The translations under genes were made by a program, and so were the position numbers. The notes beneath the pieces are model-generated. The model searched no databases. It had not been told where the DNA came from and saw only the letters and a program-made list of their open reading frames with translations. From Bdellovibrionales bacterium (lineage in GTDB: Bacteria > Bdellovibrionota > Bdellovibrionia > Bdellovibrionales > JAUICD01), in NCBI GenBank assembly GCA_965262715.1, contig OZ253553.1:2048001-2112000 (forward strand): a DNA stretch of 64,000 nucleotides. The letters run 5' to 3'. The first letter of the stretch is position 1. The number at the start of each line of letters is the position of its first letter. Positions 30,443 through 40,304 of the stretch are shown piece after piece.

Positions 30443-30639
30443 AGGTTTGAACCCTAGCACAAAGTCCATAAAACCCTTAAATTCTCAAAAGAATCCAATA
30501 TTATAATACCCCTACAAACCTATCTATTTTATTTGATGATCTTTTATATTTTGACGGATTGAGAGGATTTGATAATGTATGAAAATTTTTAAAACAAAGT
30601 GCACCTGTTATATGAATCTTGGTAGATATATAAAGGTTA

Positions 30640-30794
30640 GAAAACTATGGTAGGTATCTGATCTAGCTCAGGCCAGTGCCTCAGGAAATAAAATTTTTGT
30701 TAAAATACTTTATTCTATAATAAAATCACAAAATGAAAGCAGTAGAAGGCACGGAGGTTGCCTGCTGCTAGTGAAGATGCCTACCATAACTCTC
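30640..30794 (+). repeat. Family C palindromic element
   Basis: TATGGTAGGTATCT / AGATGCCTACCATA arms, AGGCCAGTGCCTCA and AAGGCAC..GCCT inner motifs, TTATTCTATAAT core. Confidence 0.85.
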
Positions 30795-30834
30795 TTATAC
30801 AATTTATGTAAATATGTAAAAAGGCCAATCAAAG

Positions 30835-31419
30835 TTATTTAAGGCATTCTTTTGTGATAAACTCTTTTTCCCAAGAGGAGTGCAACATCACACAACCAAA
30901 CAATTTAGCCTCCATCCCTTTAGGGAAAGCAAAAAGCACTTCTTGTGAAAAAGTGCTAGACTTGTTTTTTAGCTTTCCTGTAATTTGTATTTTCGCTCTG
31001 TAATCTGTAGAAAATTTATTTTCCCCAGCCTTTTTTAATTGTAAAAGCTGCCATTTATTTGCAAGTAGAGGCGTAATAGGATCCTGCACATCTGTTGGAG
31101 GCCCAGGAAGAGACAATCTATATTTAGTCTTTCTTTCCAAACAGCTTGGCTTAACAAGTGTGGATCTTGTCTGCCCCCACATTTCAGCTTGCATCCAATC
31201 AGCAACCAATCCCTTTGCAACCTTATCATTAACAGGATAGGGACAAGACATTCTAGATGGTTTTTGTTTTGTAGCTGTTGATTTTTTAACAGCCTTTGCC
31301 TTCTCCTGCACAGATGTCTTTGGATTGGTTTTAAGATCACCAATAACCACTTGAGATATTGATAAGCAAAAAACTAAGCTTAAGTTTAAAAAGATTATTC
31401 GACGCCGTATGTTGGACAT
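30835..31419 (-). CDS. Hypothetical secreted protein overlapping the upstream gene
   Basis: Signal peptide, four Cys in the mature part, 25-bp overlap with 31395-33023. Confidence 0.7.
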   Translation of the reverse strand: MSNIRRRIIFLNLSLVFCLSISQVVIGDLKTNPKTSVQEKAKAVKKSTATKQKPSRMSCPYPVNDKVAKGLVADWMQAEMWGQTRSTLVKPSCLERKTKYRLSLPGPPTDVQDPITPLLANKWQLLQLKKAGENKFSTDYRAKIQITGKLKNKSSTFSQEVLFAFPKGMEAKLFGCVMLHSSWEKEFITKECLK

Positions 31420-33023
31420 TGGTTTTCCTCTTGGTTAATACAATCACCTAAACACTCTTTATGTTTTAATTTTGGACGTTCACCTTCTGGAGTTGTACAA
31501 TCTGGTTCATCTTTTTCATCTTTATGCCGTATCACTTTTAAAAATTCATTATCTGGTCCTGCATTAGGTATAATATTTGTTGGATTATTTCGATTCCAAC
31601 GTTTTTTGCAGATATTACTTAAGTATGCTCTCATTTTTGGCCACATAGGATCTTCTATATATTTTCCATTCTCCACATCCCACTTGTCGCCAGTAGGCAC
31701 TTCTGCTAGCCCTATTTTTTTTGCAGAAAAAATATAATTGCTAAACTCATTTTTATCTTCTTCAGTCCAGCAATCAGCTTCTAAGCCTCCTGCTGCCTTG
31801 CATTCATCTATATATTTTCTCATACCATAAGTGATACTTTGACCATGATTGAGAGATAGATATTCACTAAACTGCAGACTAGCTGGTCCAGCAGTTGTTC
31901 GAGAAGAATGATTAACCCTAATTTGCAATTGATCAAACCTGATATTTTTTTCATCACAATCTTCTTTCTTGGTAGGTTCTCTAAAAACCGGCTGTTCTAC
32001 AGATTCTACTATCATAACATGACCGACACTCAGTGTGATAATATCTCCTGATTCAATAGAAGCATTTGTATCTGTAATATCTACTTCATTCAAACAACTA
32101 CAACTCTGTTGATCTGCACTAGCCAGTTGGCTATACTTAGCAGCAGAAAACCATTGAACATGTTCTCCTAAATTTCCTCCTTTGTTTCCTGCACAATTAT
32201 CATCGCCCGGCTTTACTAGACGTTGACCTGCTAAAGCCATCGCTGTCGTCACATATTCAGAGCAATTCCAGCCTAAAAATTTTGGAGTATTTCCTTGCGG
32301 TGGAAGTGGCTTGCTCATAGTAGTATCTTTAAAAATATTAATATCATTACCCTCTCTATTAGAAGAAAAATAAGCATAAGATTCAGCAGTTTTAGTAAAA
32401 GTAGCTAGACATGGTTGACTACCACATTGCATTTGAGCTTTGCATTCATTAGTTTTGTCCATTTGATTGTAAGGATGTGTCTTTTTCAAGTCATTGTAGT
32501 TAGAAATATAATTACAAGATTCACGGACCTCTGAATCATAAGAACAATCCTTTAGAGATCCATAGCCTTTTAAAAAGGTGCCGTTATAATCTATCAAATA
32601 CTCTCCATCACTGTTTTTTACCAGACCCCAGCTAAAAGGCTTAAGGGCTTCACACGTCCCGTAAGTGAGAGCCATAACCTCCCGAATACTCTTCACACTT
32701 TCAGGACATTCATCTTCTACAGGAACAAATCCAGGAGCAGGTTCCCATCCTAGTACATCGAGTACATCATCTGCTGTTGCTCCTACTGGATTAGCCCTAC
32801 CACAATCTTCTGTACATGATTCATGAGTCGTTGCACCTTGATATATTTCTTCAATTATTGAACTTTGAGCTATTTCTTCAAAAGACATTATAAGAAATAA
32901 GAAAAAAACAAGATATTTTAGCCAGCTTATTGAACGACCATCCTGCCAGAATGCCTGTCTGCCAGAATGCCTGTTTGCCGGATTGCTTGATTGCCTGATC
33001 ACAGAAAATTCCTTTTTTAACAT
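31395..33023 (-). CDS. Secreted Cys-rich protein with a possible NlpC/P60-like (papain-fold) catalytic core
   Basis: Signal-like segment; NCSEYVTTAM...GDII...GHVMIV resembles the DCS..V / GD / GHV.I pattern. Confidence 0.55.
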   Translation of the reverse strand: MLKKEFSVIRQSSNPANRHSGRQAFWQDGRSISWLKYLVFFLFLIMSFEEIAQSSIIEEIYQGATTHESCTEDCGRANPVGATADDVLDVLGWEPAPGFVPVEDECPESVKSIREVMALTYGTCEALKPFSWGLVKNSDGEYLIDYNGTFLKGYGSLKDCSYDSEVRESCNYISNYNDLKKTHPYNQMDKTNECKAQMQCGSQPCLATFTKTAESYAYFSSNREGNDINIFKDTTMSKPLPPQGNTPKFLGWNCSEYVTTAMALAGQRLVKPGDDNCAGNKGGNLGEHVQWFSAAKYSQLASADQQSCSCLNEVDITDTNASIESGDIITLSVGHVMIVESVEQPVFREPTKKEDCDEKNIRFDQLQIRVNHSSRTTAGPASLQFSEYLSLNHGQSITYGMRKYIDECKAAGGLEADCWTEEDKNEFSNYIFSAKKIGLAEVPTGDKWDVENGKYIEDPMWPKMRAYLSNICKKRWNRNNPTNIIPNAGPDNEFLKVIRHKDEKDEPDCTTPEGERPKLKHKECLGDCINQEENQCPTYGVE

Positions 33024-33070
33024 CTAAGAAAAAGAATAAAAGTTTATATCTAAACCTTTATCTCTAAAAA

Positions 33071-33097
33071 TAATCGTCATTAAACAGCTATTTCTTA
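33071..33097 (-). promoter_or_regulatory. Sigma28-type promoter TAAG-N15-GACGATTA
   Basis: Consensus spacing; shares the upstream TGGACTTT(G/C)TGCTAG motif with the 30416 promoter. Confidence 0.65.
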
Positions 33098-33711
33098 AGG
33101 ATAAAACTCTAGCAGAAAGTCCAGAATATAATCCAACCCCCACACTGCTTAACCTTGTCTCAAAATGATCCATAAGATCGACAAAAAATAAGCTTATCCC
33201 ATCCTATGCGATACAAAACGCAAAAAAATATCTTCTTTCTAATGGATTCTAATGGATTATTTAGTGAGAAAAAGCTTTTAGATAGAGCAATGCATTAAGA
33301 TTACTGGCTTTGTAAGTATCCAGATCGCATAAATAACATTTATTGTAAAATACAAAAATTATTTTGTCAGATCACTTCTATAAAGAATAGCAAGCTAATA
33401 AGATGACTTACTGCCATAACCTTTGCTATATCCGCTTTTTCATTAGACCTAAAAAACTTAAGAATCTTTTATTTTAGAATATCTTTTTAAGCCTAAGTCA
33501 ATAATTTTATTTTGCGAATTTTCCCCTACATATAATGATTTGATTTTATTCAGCTTTTACTTCATATATTAAAGTCTCAACCAACTTCTATGCATTCAAG
33601 ATTAGCTGTTGACTTAAAAGACAGAGAAATCGTAAGTAATAAGTAACTGAAATTCATCAAGTGCTTTAAAGTTTATTTTCTTCTATGATACGTCAACTTA
33701 ATGAATAGGGT

Positions 33712-36372
33712 TTGAAAGTGAGAAATAAAAGTTGGGGGACTATTTCAAACTCTAAGAAGTTTATATATCTTAAGTCCCTTTGTCACCGATCATTTCATTT
33801 CTTCTTAAGCTTTTTAATCATTTTTCAAAGTGCCACAGTCTTTCCTCAAACTCAAAGTATTTTCAACTTACAATCTATAAATATAGCAACAGAAAATGAA
33901 CCTCAACCAACCAACCTCACTCCAATAGAATATTATGATCCCAATGTGCCACTTACAATTAAACCTGGTTCTTTTTCTGCAGCTCCTGGTCAGTACCTAA
34001 GCCCTCCCATCGCAGGAGAGCATTACCTTGCACAAACTAAGCTTGGTTATTCTATTTATAAACTCCAAGACACAGAGTTCATGACACAGAATATCTATCA
34101 ATTATATAATAAATTGATTTCAAAAATCAGAGGAATAGAGATTGAGCAAGGAGAAAATGCAAATGAATATTTGACAAAAGTTGCTGGAACAAAAAGAACT
34201 CCTCAAGTTGTAGAAAACATAGGGACAGCAGAACTTGCTAAAGTTAATGGCAAGTTCCTTATCAGGGTAATTCACAACCAAACAGATACTGTATTTTATA
34301 TTTTAGATGAAGCAAGCTTTTCAGAACACGATGATTATCTTAAAAAACTGCAAGCAAGACAACATCTTATGGGAGGTCTTAGTCGTTTAGATGGTCAAAG
34401 AGGAAGAGATGTCATCTTTTTATGGACAAGAGGTCCAAGAAACACAAAGACTGTTGTTTCTCCTCGCATTGAAACACATATAAAAAATCCCACAGCAAGC
34501 CCTCATATACTTCCAATTTTTCAAGATCCAACAACTTTTCAACAACTAAGACAACAACATAGACAACTGTATCGTCAAGAATATTGGGCTGCTATTGCAA
34601 GTAAAGTCACAACAGATAATCTGACCTTTGCTTTATTTGCAGCTATTATTCAAGGCACTATCACAGCTGCAATAGGATTCTCAAAAGAATTTATATCTGG
34701 CGAAAATGTTGATGTTGGAGACATCGCTCTTTTATCCTTCTTTTTCACTCTGTCTATATATCTATTTCCTTCATCTTACCGTTACTGGATCAATATGGGT
34801 AAGGTTGGTTTTATACAAAAAAAGCCAAATGTCGCAGAAAGCACAAGCCTTTTAGAACAACTTAAAACTATTGACTGGAAGGAAACCTTTATATCTAAAG
34901 TCGCTCGTAGTGCCTTAACAAGTCTTGCTTACTCTTATCTTTTTTTATTTATGACAAATGAACAAGTTGCTAATCTTGATATTTTAGATGTTAATAATCT
35001 ACCGACACTTATTCATCTTTTCCTTTTAACACAAATTATTGCTCTTCCTAATTTTATCATAAACAACAGTTCTAAAGTGTGGTGGACAGAGCAAGCGCAG
35101 GTGAATGAAATTGCAGGAGTGACTAATAAAGACATCTCTATTCCTTTTTTACCTTCGATTAGGTGGAATCGCGCGAATATTGATTACGCTTTCGTAAAAT
35201 ACAATGCTTCTCAGATAACTAAGCTAACCCACTTATTAGACTTTGCATTACCTGCAGTATTTATAACTTCAGCAAGTGCTATCGGTATTAACTTAAATAC
35301 ACTTGGCATCAATTCTGGCCTTTTAGCAATGTTAGTTTCAATTTGGGTAGGTCAATATTTCCTATTAAAACAAGTCCTTAACTTTCACCAGAAAAAGTAT
35401 CTGGATAATGAACAAACATGGCATTACATCGATCGTATCACTCAAAACAGACTTGGACAGTTACTTCTACAAATAGAGTCACTTCGTAGGAAGTTTTTAC
35501 TTTGGTGGCATCGCCCTCATACTCAAGATTCAAAACCAATGAATAACTTTTATAACATATTTGATCTATCATCAACAACAAGCCCTGATATAGCAAGCGC
35601 AGAAACAGAAGAAAAACATCTTGAAAAATGGCACCAACATAACGATGTAATATCTCACATTGAAAGTGAAATGGAATTTTATGCAAATAGCCAGCAGATT
35701 GCAAAAGCTTTGAGAGATATGCAGGCTGATTTTTTTCAATATATTGATCAGAGATCACCTTCTGAACAACCAGATTCTGAACAACTGGCTCTTGAAAGAA
35801 CATTAGCTAATGTTTTTAGAAGGCAAGTGATAACTTCTTTGAATAACTTTGCTAGAGTTGTTCATGCTTTATTTGAAACCCTTAAAGCGCGCAACTCTTT
35901 TAACAAAGAAAGCTTATTACAAGGAGAAACCTTTTACTCGGATATTTGGGACAGAAACAAGAGTATCGAACAAGATGATATTATGGACTTTCTTGAAGAG
36001 TACTTAACAGAAGAATTTCCTCATTTGCAACAAGCATTAAACTTTCTAAAAGAGGAAGAATTAACACTATCAGGAACAACAGAAGAGCTTGTAACATTAG
36101 AGAACTTACTTACAGAATTTCAAGTCTTTATGGAAAGCCACTTTGAACAGTTGTTGAGATATATTGACGACCAAGAGGCAAAAAACTCTAATTATCAATT
36201 AGAAGTCATTGTTCCAGAAAATGCAGCAGAGAGTCACTTTAATTATTCTTTTTTTAATAGAAAAAGAAGACAACAACCTGATGAATTATTACCTAGCCAT
36301 CCTACACAGTCACCTCATTCTCCTATAGAATCAACTAGTTATGTTTGTGCTGGAGCATTAGATAAAAAATAA
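33712..36372 (+). CDS. Large hypothetical multi-pass membrane protein
   Basis: 886-aa ORF with a signal-like N-terminus and several central hydrophobic segments; no family recognised. Confidence 0.75.
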   Translation: MKVRNKSWGTISNSKKFIYLKSLCHRSFHFFLSFLIIFQSATVFPQTQSIFNLQSINIATENEPQPTNLTPIEYYDPNVPLTIKPGSFSAAPGQYLSPPIAGEHYLAQTKLGYSIYKLQDTEFMTQNIYQLYNKLISKIRGIEIEQGENANEYLTKVAGTKRTPQVVENIGTAELAKVNGKFLIRVIHNQTDTVFYILDEASFSEHDDYLKKLQARQHLMGGLSRLDGQRGRDVIFLWTRGPRNTKTVVSPRIETHIKNPTASPHILPIFQDPTTFQQLRQQHRQLYRQEYWAAIASKVTTDNLTFALFAAIIQGTITAAIGFSKEFISGENVDVGDIALLSFFFTLSIYLFPSSYRYWINMGKVGFIQKKPNVAESTSLLEQLKTIDWKETFISKVARSALTSLAYSYLFLFMTNEQVANLDILDVNNLPTLIHLFLLTQIIALPNFIINNSSKVWWTEQAQVNEIAGVTNKDISIPFLPSIRWNRANIDYAFVKYNASQITKLTHLLDFALPAVFITSASAIGINLNTLGINSGLLAMLVSIWVGQYFLLKQVLNFHQKKYLDNEQTWHYIDRITQNRLGQLLLQIESLRRKFLLWWHRPHTQDSKPMNNFYNIFDLSSTTSPDIASAETEEKHLEKWHQHNDVISHIESEMEFYANSQQIAKALRDMQADFFQYIDQRSPSEQPDSEQLALERTLANVFRRQVITSLNNFARVVHALFETLKARNSFNKESLLQGETFYSDIWDRNKSIEQDDIMDFLEEYLTEEFPHLQQALNFLKEEELTLSGTTEELVTLENLLTEFQVFMESHFEQLLRYIDDQEAKNSNYQLEVIVPENAAESHFNYSFFNRKRRQQPDELLPSHPTQSPHSPIESTSYVCAGALDKK

Positions 36373-36413
36373 GAGGGAGATACTCTTCGTTTATTTACAT
36401 CGTGTTAAGGGAA
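36373..36413 (-). repeat. Family A 5' fragment (two small hairpins)
   Basis: Reverse complement TTCCCTTAACACGATGTAAATAAACGAAGAGTATCTCCCTC. Confidence 0.7.
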
Positions 36414-36507
36414 CCTTTTCATGGCAACAGTTTGCCAGACTTCTTTTAGGGTTTAGTTTTTAAGAAATCAAAAATTCAGAAGATGAAAAATCAATAAGAC
36501 AGCATTA

Positions 36508-38289
36508 TCAATTACCTCTACCTCCAGTACTGCGCCTTAAGTATGACCTAGCAGTTGTCCCACTCCTGCATATACCTTCCCCCGTTGTACCACTTGGACA
36601 ACATACCTCTTTTGTATTTTCAAATTCTCCGTCATATTCATTTAAGCTGTCATACTCGTCATAATTTAAATTACCGAAAATAGAAGTGGGTCTTGAGACT
36701 TCAACAACTTGCTCTAAAGCTACCATTTCTCCATTGAGCTGAGTGGCACGAACTCGCTCATTAAATAATTGAGTTTGCAACTGCTGATGTGTTGCAACAA
36801 AGTTAGCATCTAATCTTTGTTTTTCAAGGTTTTTCCTGTGCAATTTATTAGTGAAGTCTTCCAATAAACTGACATATTGTTGTTGCGCAATTTTATAAGC
36901 TCTTTGTCCAGATTCATTAATACCTTCAGATTCTTCATGTATTGATTCAATCGCTTCTCTTAAGGATGTTATCTCATCAATAAGTTCTTGTTCTTTTCTA
37001 GCTATAGCACGTTGTTGTAATTCATATTCCTGGAGTGCCACTCGCACTTCATCTTGAGTGACCTGAGAGCTACGACATCTTGCATAAGCTTTCACTGCTG
37101 TTTGTCTTAGATTTTCTAACCGGCTCTCTCTTGTTGCATCTGCTACTCTTTGAACTGTTCCAGACTGCACTTGATTATTTAACTGACCTCTTAATGCTGC
37201 CATTCTGTCTTTTGCTTCCTCATCACATTTAGTAAAGATCCTAGCTACTTGTGCACTATATATAACCAATGCTCGATCAGCAGCCTCATTGTCATTATTT
37301 TGAATGCTTTCAAGTTCTGTTATTCTTGCTCGTATTTGCCGGTTTATTTGAAGGGTTTCCCCTCTCAATTCAGCAACCTGTCCTGAGAGTTGCTCTTGAA
37401 GTTGATCTGTTGCTCTTTCGAAACCTGTAGGAGCATTTTTGATGTCCCTAGTTATGTCTTGAATTTCTTTTTCAATCTCTGAATGCTCTGTCTGCACATC
37501 GCTTGTTTCCTTTAGTACGTCACCTTGCAGTCTCTCAACCTCATCTTGAGCGTCACCATGATCAGTAACAAGTTCACGTAATCTATCCTTATCATCGTCA
37601 AATTTTGCAGCAGCCGCTTGAGGACATTCACTTGCAAGTCTATTTTGAAACAATGATGTTAGACCTAGCGGCCCACCACTTGAGCCACCAAAACCTTCGC
37701 CAGATCCCAATTGTCCAAGAAGGCTGCGACATTTTTCTGCATCTGTCTGACATGTCGAGCTCGTCCCTCTGCACTCTGGCGGCAACTTAGCTCTAATTCC
37801 ACGCAATTCACGTTTCGCCCGCAGACATCGCTCCTGATCTCGCTCTTGTCTTTGAGTTATTCTATTCTTTTCTTGTTGTAGTGCATTTTCTGCATTTCTA
37901 TATTCTGCTTTTATATTTTGTCTACATGTACCACTATCAGTTCCAGGTCTATCACATACATGCATAGGACTACTTCTACTTAAATCCTCTACTTCTTCAT
38001 GAGCTGCTTTTAAGTTATTAATAAAGTACAAAAGAGATCCACAGTCAGATTTTCTTCCTTCTATCGCTCCCATATGACGCTCACACTCTGCCTTTTGTTC
38101 TTCATTACATTCTGTTGTACAGAGAATCACCTGTGCTTTTAAAGTGTGAAATGAAGGTATCATTGCGACAATAAAAAAAGTTATAATAACAAAAAAGAAA
38201 TTTAATACCACACCTTGGCAAACTGCCGGTCTACCGGACTGCCTGATGGCTGGGCTGCCTGATTTTTTAAGGGTAAATCCACCGATCAT
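36508..38289 (-). CDS. Secreted coiled-coil protein
   Basis: Signal peptide, Cys-rich ends and a long heptad-rich helical region. Confidence 0.8.
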   Translation of the reverse strand: MIGGFTLKKSGSPAIRQSGRPAVCQGVVLNFFFVIITFFIVAMIPSFHTLKAQVILCTTECNEEQKAECERHMGAIEGRKSDCGSLLYFINNLKAAHEEVEDLSRSSPMHVCDRPGTDSGTCRQNIKAEYRNAENALQQEKNRITQRQERDQERCLRAKRELRGIRAKLPPECRGTSSTCQTDAEKCRSLLGQLGSGEGFGGSSGGPLGLTSLFQNRLASECPQAAAAKFDDDKDRLRELVTDHGDAQDEVERLQGDVLKETSDVQTEHSEIEKEIQDITRDIKNAPTGFERATDQLQEQLSGQVAELRGETLQINRQIRARITELESIQNNDNEAADRALVIYSAQVARIFTKCDEEAKDRMAALRGQLNNQVQSGTVQRVADATRESRLENLRQTAVKAYARCRSSQVTQDEVRVALQEYELQQRAIARKEQELIDEITSLREAIESIHEESEGINESGQRAYKIAQQQYVSLLEDFTNKLHRKNLEKQRLDANFVATHQQLQTQLFNERVRATQLNGEMVALEQVVEVSRPTSIFGNLNYDEYDSLNEYDGEFENTKEVCCPSGTTGEGICRSGTTARSYLRRSTGGRGN

Positions 38290-38320
38290 ATTAAAACCAC
38301 TCTTCTTTTATCTAATAACT

Positions 38321-38347
38321 CAATCGGCTTTATTTTGAAAAACATTA
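38321..38347 (-). promoter_or_regulatory. Sigma28-type promoter TAAT-N15-GCCGATTG
   Basis: Consensus spacing, about 30 bp upstream of 38289. Confidence 0.65.
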
Positions 38348-38397
38348 AAATAAATTTTAGAAACAAGTATAAAAATTTATTTTTTTAGGCCATTATT

Positions 38398-38520
38398 TGC
38401 AAAATTTATCTTATTAAAAATTGTATCATAATTTATGCAAAATTTATCTTATTAAAAATTGTATCATAATTTATGCAAAATTTATCTTATTAAAAATTGT
38501 ATCATAATTTATGCAAAATT
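38398..38520 (+). repeat. 38-bp tandem repeat, about 3.2 copies
   Basis: TGCAAAATTTATCTTATTAAAAATTGTATCATAATTTA at 38398, 38436 and 38474, partial at 38512; no spacers. Confidence 0.95.
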
Positions 38521-38705
38521 AAAGATAATAATATTTTTGCTTGCAAAAAAAGTCTGTTTGTGTATTACTTTTCAGGACATTAAAAGTTTGTTACTATATA
38601 ATCTAAGGTTTCCAAATAGCTGAAAGTTTGTATACCTTCTAGATTTAAGTAGGGTGTATATAAAAAACTCGAGAAGATAAGGAAAGGGGACTGGCTCTGA
38701 TAACG

Positions 38706-38870
38706 GTGAGTAGACTTGGCTAAGATATTTAAAGTCATTGAGCTTTATGTCTTAGAGATGGGTTTAGCAGTGCTAAACCTTCAAGAAACCTAAAGTTATT
38801 ATTCATGGTGCCCACGTGTATGAGACTGGAGTTTTTTAAATCGTATCCTCGCTTAGAAGCGTCTACAAAC
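38706..38870 (+). ncRNA. ssrS: Probable 6S RNA
   Basis: Closing stem GTAGAC..CTAAG / CTTAG..GTCTAC, internal AACCTAAAG...GGTGCCCAC motif, and position upstream of 5-formyl-THF cyclo-ligase (conserved ssrS-ygfA synteny). Boundaries are approximate. Confidence 0.6.
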
Positions 38871-38936
38871 ACTCTGTTTGGAAGCCTTTTTATTATCAAT
38901 AAACACATCCCTATAACTGTCTCATATTGAGATGCT

Positions 38937-39420
38937 GTTTCACTAAAAATGAACTGGCCTCTCGAGGCGAGCCTCTGGCCATTTTCTGGCGATGACCACA
39001 ACGGTTTGCACCGTCGATAAAATGGTCATCGCCTAGAAAACCTGTTCATTTTTAGGAGGGAGACTCCCCTCGTTCCTTTACAACATGTTAAGGAAAATTT
39101 CCTTTACCATCTCCTCTCCCTTACAAATCGCGCTAAATCTTTTTATAGCAACTTAAGATTTGATGTTTTAAGCTAAAGACGAGATCTTCCGCAGAGAAAT
39201 TGCCTCTGGCCAATTTCTCGAGAACTTCGAGGCTTGGCTTAAAACATCAAATCATTGCCTTAAAGATTTTTTCTCTGTTTTTTCTAAAAAAACACCCCCC
39301 CCCCCCCCTCTTCTTATCTCTGGCAAACCGGAAGCAGTCTCCGGCAACAGCCTAATAAGATTAAACACCAACGCACTTAGGGATACCTGTAGCCTATGGA
39401 AGAAGCTTGCCATAACTCTA
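38937..39420. repeat. Mosaic cluster: family A (minus) 38937-39096, family B 39160-39250, C14 tract 39295-39308, family D 39320-39352, family C right half 39372-39419
   Basis: Each segment matches the motifs of its family. Confidence 0.85.
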
Positions 39421-39436
39421 GATCATTACACTGAAC

Positions 39437-39462
39437 AACCCTCGACTTGAAGTCGAGGGGTT
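39437..39462. repeat. Isolated GC-rich hairpin AACCCTCGACTT-G-AAGTCGAGGGGTT (REP- or IS200/IS605-end-like)
   Basis: Near-perfect palindrome; single copy in the window. Confidence 0.45.
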
Positions 39463-39694
39463 CAAAATGTTTAAAGTCATTTGAAATCAATAACCCACAG
39501 ATATTTCTCACAGTGACGCATCTTTAAATTATAGAGGAAATAACTATCTATTATATAATAATATCTATCTTAAGAACTGCATTAGATTTATATAATAAAA
39601 ATAAAATGGTTTAAAGTATAAACTTTCAGCCTTTTTAATTATGTAATTATGATAAAAACAGAAATACATTTATGATCTATAAGAAGGAACTACA

Positions 39695-40264
39695 ATGGAT
39701 GCTAAAAAAAGCTTACGCAATCATTTTTTAAATCAACGCAATAAGATATACCAACAAACAGACTTTAATGTTCAAGAAGTTGCAAAACAAGCATCACAAC
39801 ATATCACTGCCTATCTTAAAAAAACGTCTGGCATCTGGGGTTCTTATCGTCCTATAAATACAGAGTTTGACCCTTGTATGATTGAATCAAACAACAAACA
39901 CCTTATATGGACTTACCCTAAAATTAAAAAAGATATATTAGAATTTCGTCGTATTTTAAATCCACAAAATATTTGGCAGAAAAACCACTTAGGAATTGAA
40001 GAACCTTCTGATACATCATCAGAGATTGTTCCTATAGAACAACTCGAAGGAATCTTGTGCCCTACTCTTGCCGTTGACCTTAAAGGCAATAGGTTAGGCT
40101 ATGGTAAAGGTTATTATGATCGAACTCTATCTGGTTTTGAAGGCCATAAAGTAGCCCTCATTTTCTCAGCACAAATTTCTAAGCAGGTACTACCTACAAC
40201 AAAAAATGATGTAGCTATGAATTGGATTTTAACAGAAAATGATTTTTGGGGTTGCCATCCCTAA
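39695..40264 (+). CDS. 5-formyltetrahydrofolate cyclo-ligase
   Basis: K..LR, GIEEP and P.LAVD..GNRLGYGKGYYDR motifs. Confidence 0.93.
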   Translation: MDAKKSLRNHFLNQRNKIYQQTDFNVQEVAKQASQHITAYLKKTSGIWGSYRPINTEFDPCMIESNNKHLIWTYPKIKKDILEFRRILNPQNIWQKNHLGIEEPSDTSSEIVPIEQLEGILCPTLAVDLKGNRLGYGKGYYDRTLSGFEGHKVALIFSAQISKQVLPTTKNDVAMNWILTENDFWGCHP

Positions 40265-40304
40265 GACAAATAATGTTTGATGAAGTTTATAGAGGTCCTC
40301 CATT

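Noticed and set aside
38398..38520. 38-bp repeat as a mini-CRISPR or replication iterons
   Set aside because: Copies are contiguous with no spacers, and no rep or dnaA context is present.
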